DNA of 64,000 nucleotides from an uncultured Oscillospiraceae bacterium. Its GTDB lineage: Bacteria > Bacillota > Clostridia > Oscillospirales > Oscillospiraceae. Within the stretch, counting starts at the first letter, position 1, and the number at the start of each line of letters is the position of its first letter. The stretch covers positions 113,852-177,851 of the forward strand of contig CAAGBT010000055.1 of NCBI GenBank assembly GCA_900768135.1, read 5' to 3'. A program made the position numbers and the translations under genes. The notes below the pieces were generated by a model that had not been told where the DNA came from, made no database searches, and worked only from the letters and a program-made list of their open reading frames with translations. Shown one piece after another: positions 61,615-64,000 of this stretch.

Positions 61615-61742
61615 AAAGTTTTTCAAAATGTTGCAAATGCAACTTCTATAAAGGGACGCAGACGTGGTAAACTAACGCCAGTAAAGCAAGAGACCCATTC
61701 AAACCGATTCAAATACAAATACTTTACTGGAGGTAAGGAATT

Positions 61743-62330
61743 ATGAAGAAGTGGCTTTGCAAGGTTTGCGGTTATATCTATGAAGGCCCCGAGGCTCCTG
61801 CGGAATGCCCCGTGTGCCATGCCAAGAGCAATATGTTCGAGGAAGTCAAGGGCGAGCTGAAGCTTGCCGCTGAGCATGAGTTCGGCGTTTACGGCAAGAC
61901 CGTAAAGAACAACCCTGACATCAGCGAAGAGGACAAGAAGTATATCTTCGAGCAGCTGACGGCGAACTTCAACGGCGAGTGCAGCGAGGTCGGTATGTAC
62001 CTCTGCATGGCGCGTATCGCGCACCGCGAGGGCTATCCCGAGATCGGCCTGTACTGGGAAAAGGCCGCCTACGAGGAGGCTGAACACGCGGCGAAGTTCG
62101 CAGAGCTGCTGGGCGAGGACCTTGAGCCGAATATGAAAGCGACCACGAAGGACAACCTCAAGTGGCGCGTGGACTGCGAGTTTGGCGCAACGAGCGGCAA
62201 GTTCGACCTCGCCCTGTGCGCGAAGAAGAACGGCCTCGACGCCATCCACGACACCGTACACGAGATGGCCCGCGACGAGGCCCGCCACGGCCGCGCCCTT
62301 AAGGGCCTGCTTGAAAGATATTTCAAGTAA
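61743..62330 (+). CDS. Reverse rubrerythrin (N-terminal rubredoxin-like CxxC..CxxC domain plus a C-terminal ferritin-like di-iron domain)
   Basis: [16 protein letters not shown] is followed by the di-iron ligand motifs ([20 protein letters not shown]). Confidence 0.85.
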   Translation: MKKWLCKVCGYIYEGPEAPAECPVCHAKSNMFEEVKGELKLAAEHEFGVYGKTVKNNPDISEEDKKYIFEQLTANFNGECSEVGMYLCMARIAHREGYPEIGLYWEKAAYEEAEHAAKFAELLGEDLEPNMKATTKDNLKWRVDCEFGATSGKFDLALCAKKNGLDAIHDTVHEMARDEARHGRALKGLLERYFK

Positions 62331-62361
62331 GCCGAAGGCACTGAACAATCAAGAGATTTTT

Positions 62362-62396
62362 AAGGGGAAGCTGAGAGATCGGCTTCCCCCTTTTTT
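62362..62396 (+). terminator. Rho-independent terminator after the rubrerythrin gene. It marks the boundary of the low-GC island.
   Basis: AAGGGGAAGC-tgagagatc-GGCTTCCCCC followed by TTTTTTG. Confidence 0.6.
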
Positions 62397-62579
62397 GCGT
62401 TCCGTCCCTCAATGTGTGTAACTTTGTGTGCAATTTCTCTTCTGTACCGCGTGTGAAATCCCGCTTCTCTTTTTTCTGGGCATATCTTGAAAATGGCTTG
62501 CGTTTATGGCAAAATGCTATCTGTGAGAGTATATCTCTGATATAAATGTTGAAAGCGCAAGGTAACATGAGGTGCGAAA

Positions 62580-63578
62580 ATGGATAGGCCAATTCGCTTT
62601 GCTGATCTTTTTTGCGGGATCGGAGGCATTCGCCTCGGCATGGAATCCCAGGGATTTCAATGTGTCTTTTCTGACGATATCAATGCCGAATGCCAAAGAA
62701 CCTATGAGGAGAACTTTGGAGACAGACCGTATGGGGACATTGCTTTGATCGATGAAAAAACGATCCCCGACCACGAAATTCTGTGTGCGGGATTCCCCTG
62801 CCAGCCGTTTAGTATTTCCGGAAAGCAAAAAGGGTTTGACGATACAAGAGGGACTTTGTTCTTTGAAATTTGTCGTATTCTCAACGAGAAGAAACCGCCT
62901 GTGGTTTTCCTCGAAAATGTTAAGCATCTGGTCCATCACGACCACGGCAAAACATTGAACACCATTATCACCAAATTGGAAGACCTCGGATATTCTGTGT
63001 CCTGGAAGGTTCTGAACGGTGCTGATTTTGGTGTTGCTCAAAACAGAGAACGAATTATTATCATCGGTCATTTTAATGGTGAAAAGTTCAATTTTGATAA
63101 AGTTAAAACCGTAAAGAGAAAAATGCTCAATGAATTTCTTGATACAGAGGGCGATTTTGAATTTCTTGACCCGACTGAATATACCCTTCTCGACAACCCA
63201 AAGCAGCAGCCGGGGTCTGGATTGATTTTTGCAGGATATAGAAACAAGGCAATTAGAAAAGCGGGTGTCAGGCCGGGGACGGAGCATCTTTCAAGAGTTC
63301 ATAAGCAGCCGAACAGGATTTATTCCGTTAAGGGCATTCATCCGACGTTGCCCTCGCAGGAAAGCTCGGGAAGGTTTTTTGTACTGACTGAGGATAACCG
63401 TGTAAGAAAACTCACGATCAATGAATGTTGGCGAATCATGGGCTTCCCGGAGGATTACAAAAAGGTCAGCGTGATTGGAGAACAGTATAAGCAGCTCGGT
63501 AATTCGGTTTGTGTGCCAATGATCAGAGCGGTTGCAGAAGAAATTAAGAATCAATTCTTTGGGGGAGAGGGAAAATGA
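62580..63578 (+). CDS. DNA (cytosine-5)-methyltransferase, M.HhaI-like
   Basis: All m5C MTase motifs are present: FCGIGG (motif I), GFPCQPFS (motif IV), ENV (motif VI), QLGNSV (motif X). Local GC is about 43% against about 65% for the surrounding genome. Confidence 0.85.
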   Translation: MDRPIRFADLFCGIGGIRLGMESQGFQCVFSDDINAECQRTYEENFGDRPYGDIALIDEKTIPDHEILCAGFPCQPFSISGKQKGFDDTRGTLFFEICRILNEKKPPVVFLENVKHLVHHDHGKTLNTIITKLEDLGYSVSWKVLNGADFGVAQNRERIIIIGHFNGEKFNFDKVKTVKRKMLNEFLDTEGDFEFLDPTEYTLLDNPKQQPGSGLIFAGYRNKAIRKAGVRPGTEHLSRVHKQPNRIYSVKGIHPTLPSQESSGRFFVLTEDNRVRKLTINECWRIMGFPEDYKKVSVIGEQYKQLGNSVCVPMIRAVAEEIKNQFFGGEGK

Positions 63579-64000
63579 CGCATTCAGAGGTATTGAATCA
63601 AGTATATGAACGGGCGTTGGAGAGAACGGCAGCGGATGATTTATCAACCGATTTGCCGGAAGATGTAAAGGGCTATATCGAGTTTATTGTAGCCCGTTCA
63701 GAAGCAAACAAGGGTATCGCAGCCGTTCTTATGACACTTTTGACCCATAAAGTGGTTGACCCTGCCCAAGATATTCGCAACCATCAAGCGCAGCTTCCCG
63801 ACGGTTTTGCAGGAAGAACCATCGACCAGGCAAATATCACTCCGTTTATGAAGGAAAAGAGTTTTCCTTCGATGGCGGAATCAGGATGGCTGACCCGTTC
63901 GCTTGAACAGGCTCATCCTTATGACTTGGACTATCCGGGCAAAATCACTCCGGTTCAAATGAAGCAAGCATTTTTGAACACCATAGACCAGGTGCAATGC
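63575..64000 (+). CDS. Putative cognate type II restriction endonuclease, 3' partial (runs off the window end)
   Basis: ATG overlapping the methyltransferase stop (ATGA coupling). The frame is open for 142 codons to the window end with low GC. No recognisable family from sequence alone. Confidence 0.4.
   Translation, partial: MTHSEVLNQVYERALERTAADDLSTDLPEDVKGYIEFIVARSEANKGIAAVLMTLLTHKVVDPAQDIRNHQAQLPDGFAGRTIDQANITPFMKEKSFPSMAESGWLTRSLEQAHPYDLDYPGKITPVQMKQAFLNTIDQVQC

Overview
This 64-kb window is a chromosomal core region from a high-GC (about 63-66% GC), endospore-forming Firmicute, most likely a Clostridia / Oscillospiraceae-like anaerobe. I call about 57 protein-coding genes and find no rRNA, tRNA, CRISPR array or obvious transposase. 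Gene content in order:

- **Start of window:** an S4-domain protein (5' partial), a DUF896 protein, and a membrane protein with an XpaC/TelA-like C-terminal domain.
- **Glycogen operon:** glgB-glgC-glgD-glgA-glgP, translationally coupled, ending in tandem hairpins.
- **Scattered genes:** a lipoprotein of unknown function behind a heavily structured 290-nt leader, a minimal DEAD-box helicase, an orphan family-5 ABC substrate-binding protein (SBP), a cation:proton antiporter, and an SH3b membrane protein.
- **Minus-strand pair:** phosphoketolase (xfp) translationally coupled to a small NifX/NifB-like protein with a Cys/His-rich tail. It faces a divergent glycerate kinase, then an MgtC-family protein.
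- **Two paralogous ABC importers:** both are of the FbpABC / polyamine / thiamine type, each with a lipoprotein SBP, a fused two-domain permease and an ATPase. The second lies downstream of a three-component sensor (paralogous SBP, YesM-like histidine kinase, YesN-like AraC-type response regulator). It is flanked by phosphoglucomutase, a HAD phosphatase and mannose-6-phosphate isomerase.
- **Division and sporulation genes:** an EEP-family nuclease/phosphatase, then murA, divIB/ftsQ and ftsZ with no ftsA between them, followed by spoIVB and spo0A with a 0A box upstream.
- **Minus-strand CssRS-like module:** response regulator, histidine kinase, htrA and a 41-aa membrane microprotein.
- **Cortex/sporulation-flavoured genes:** a secreted Cu-amine-oxidase-N-like protein, spoIID, a membrane protein, a polysaccharide deacetylase and a hypothetical protein.
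- **Housekeeping and amino-sugar genes:** an SDR oxidoreductase, dut, a membrane protein, and a phospho-sugar mutase co-oriented with nagB and nagA.
- **Final stretch:** recR, rpe, an XRE regulator plus membrane protein pair, bioY with a BirA-like operator, and a reverse rubrerythrin.
- **Window end:** a low-GC (about 43% GC) island carrying an M.HhaI-like cytosine-5 DNA methyltransferase, translationally coupled to a 3'-truncated ORF that is probably the cognate restriction endonuclease.

The many antisense ORFs in the six-frame track are the usual high-GC artefacts and are not called.

The most interesting candidates are the SBP-sensed three-component ABC module embedded in sugar-phosphate genes, the NifX-like Cys/His-tailed protein coupled to phosphoketolase, the foreign restriction-modification island, and several unexplained dyad or structured non-coding regions.
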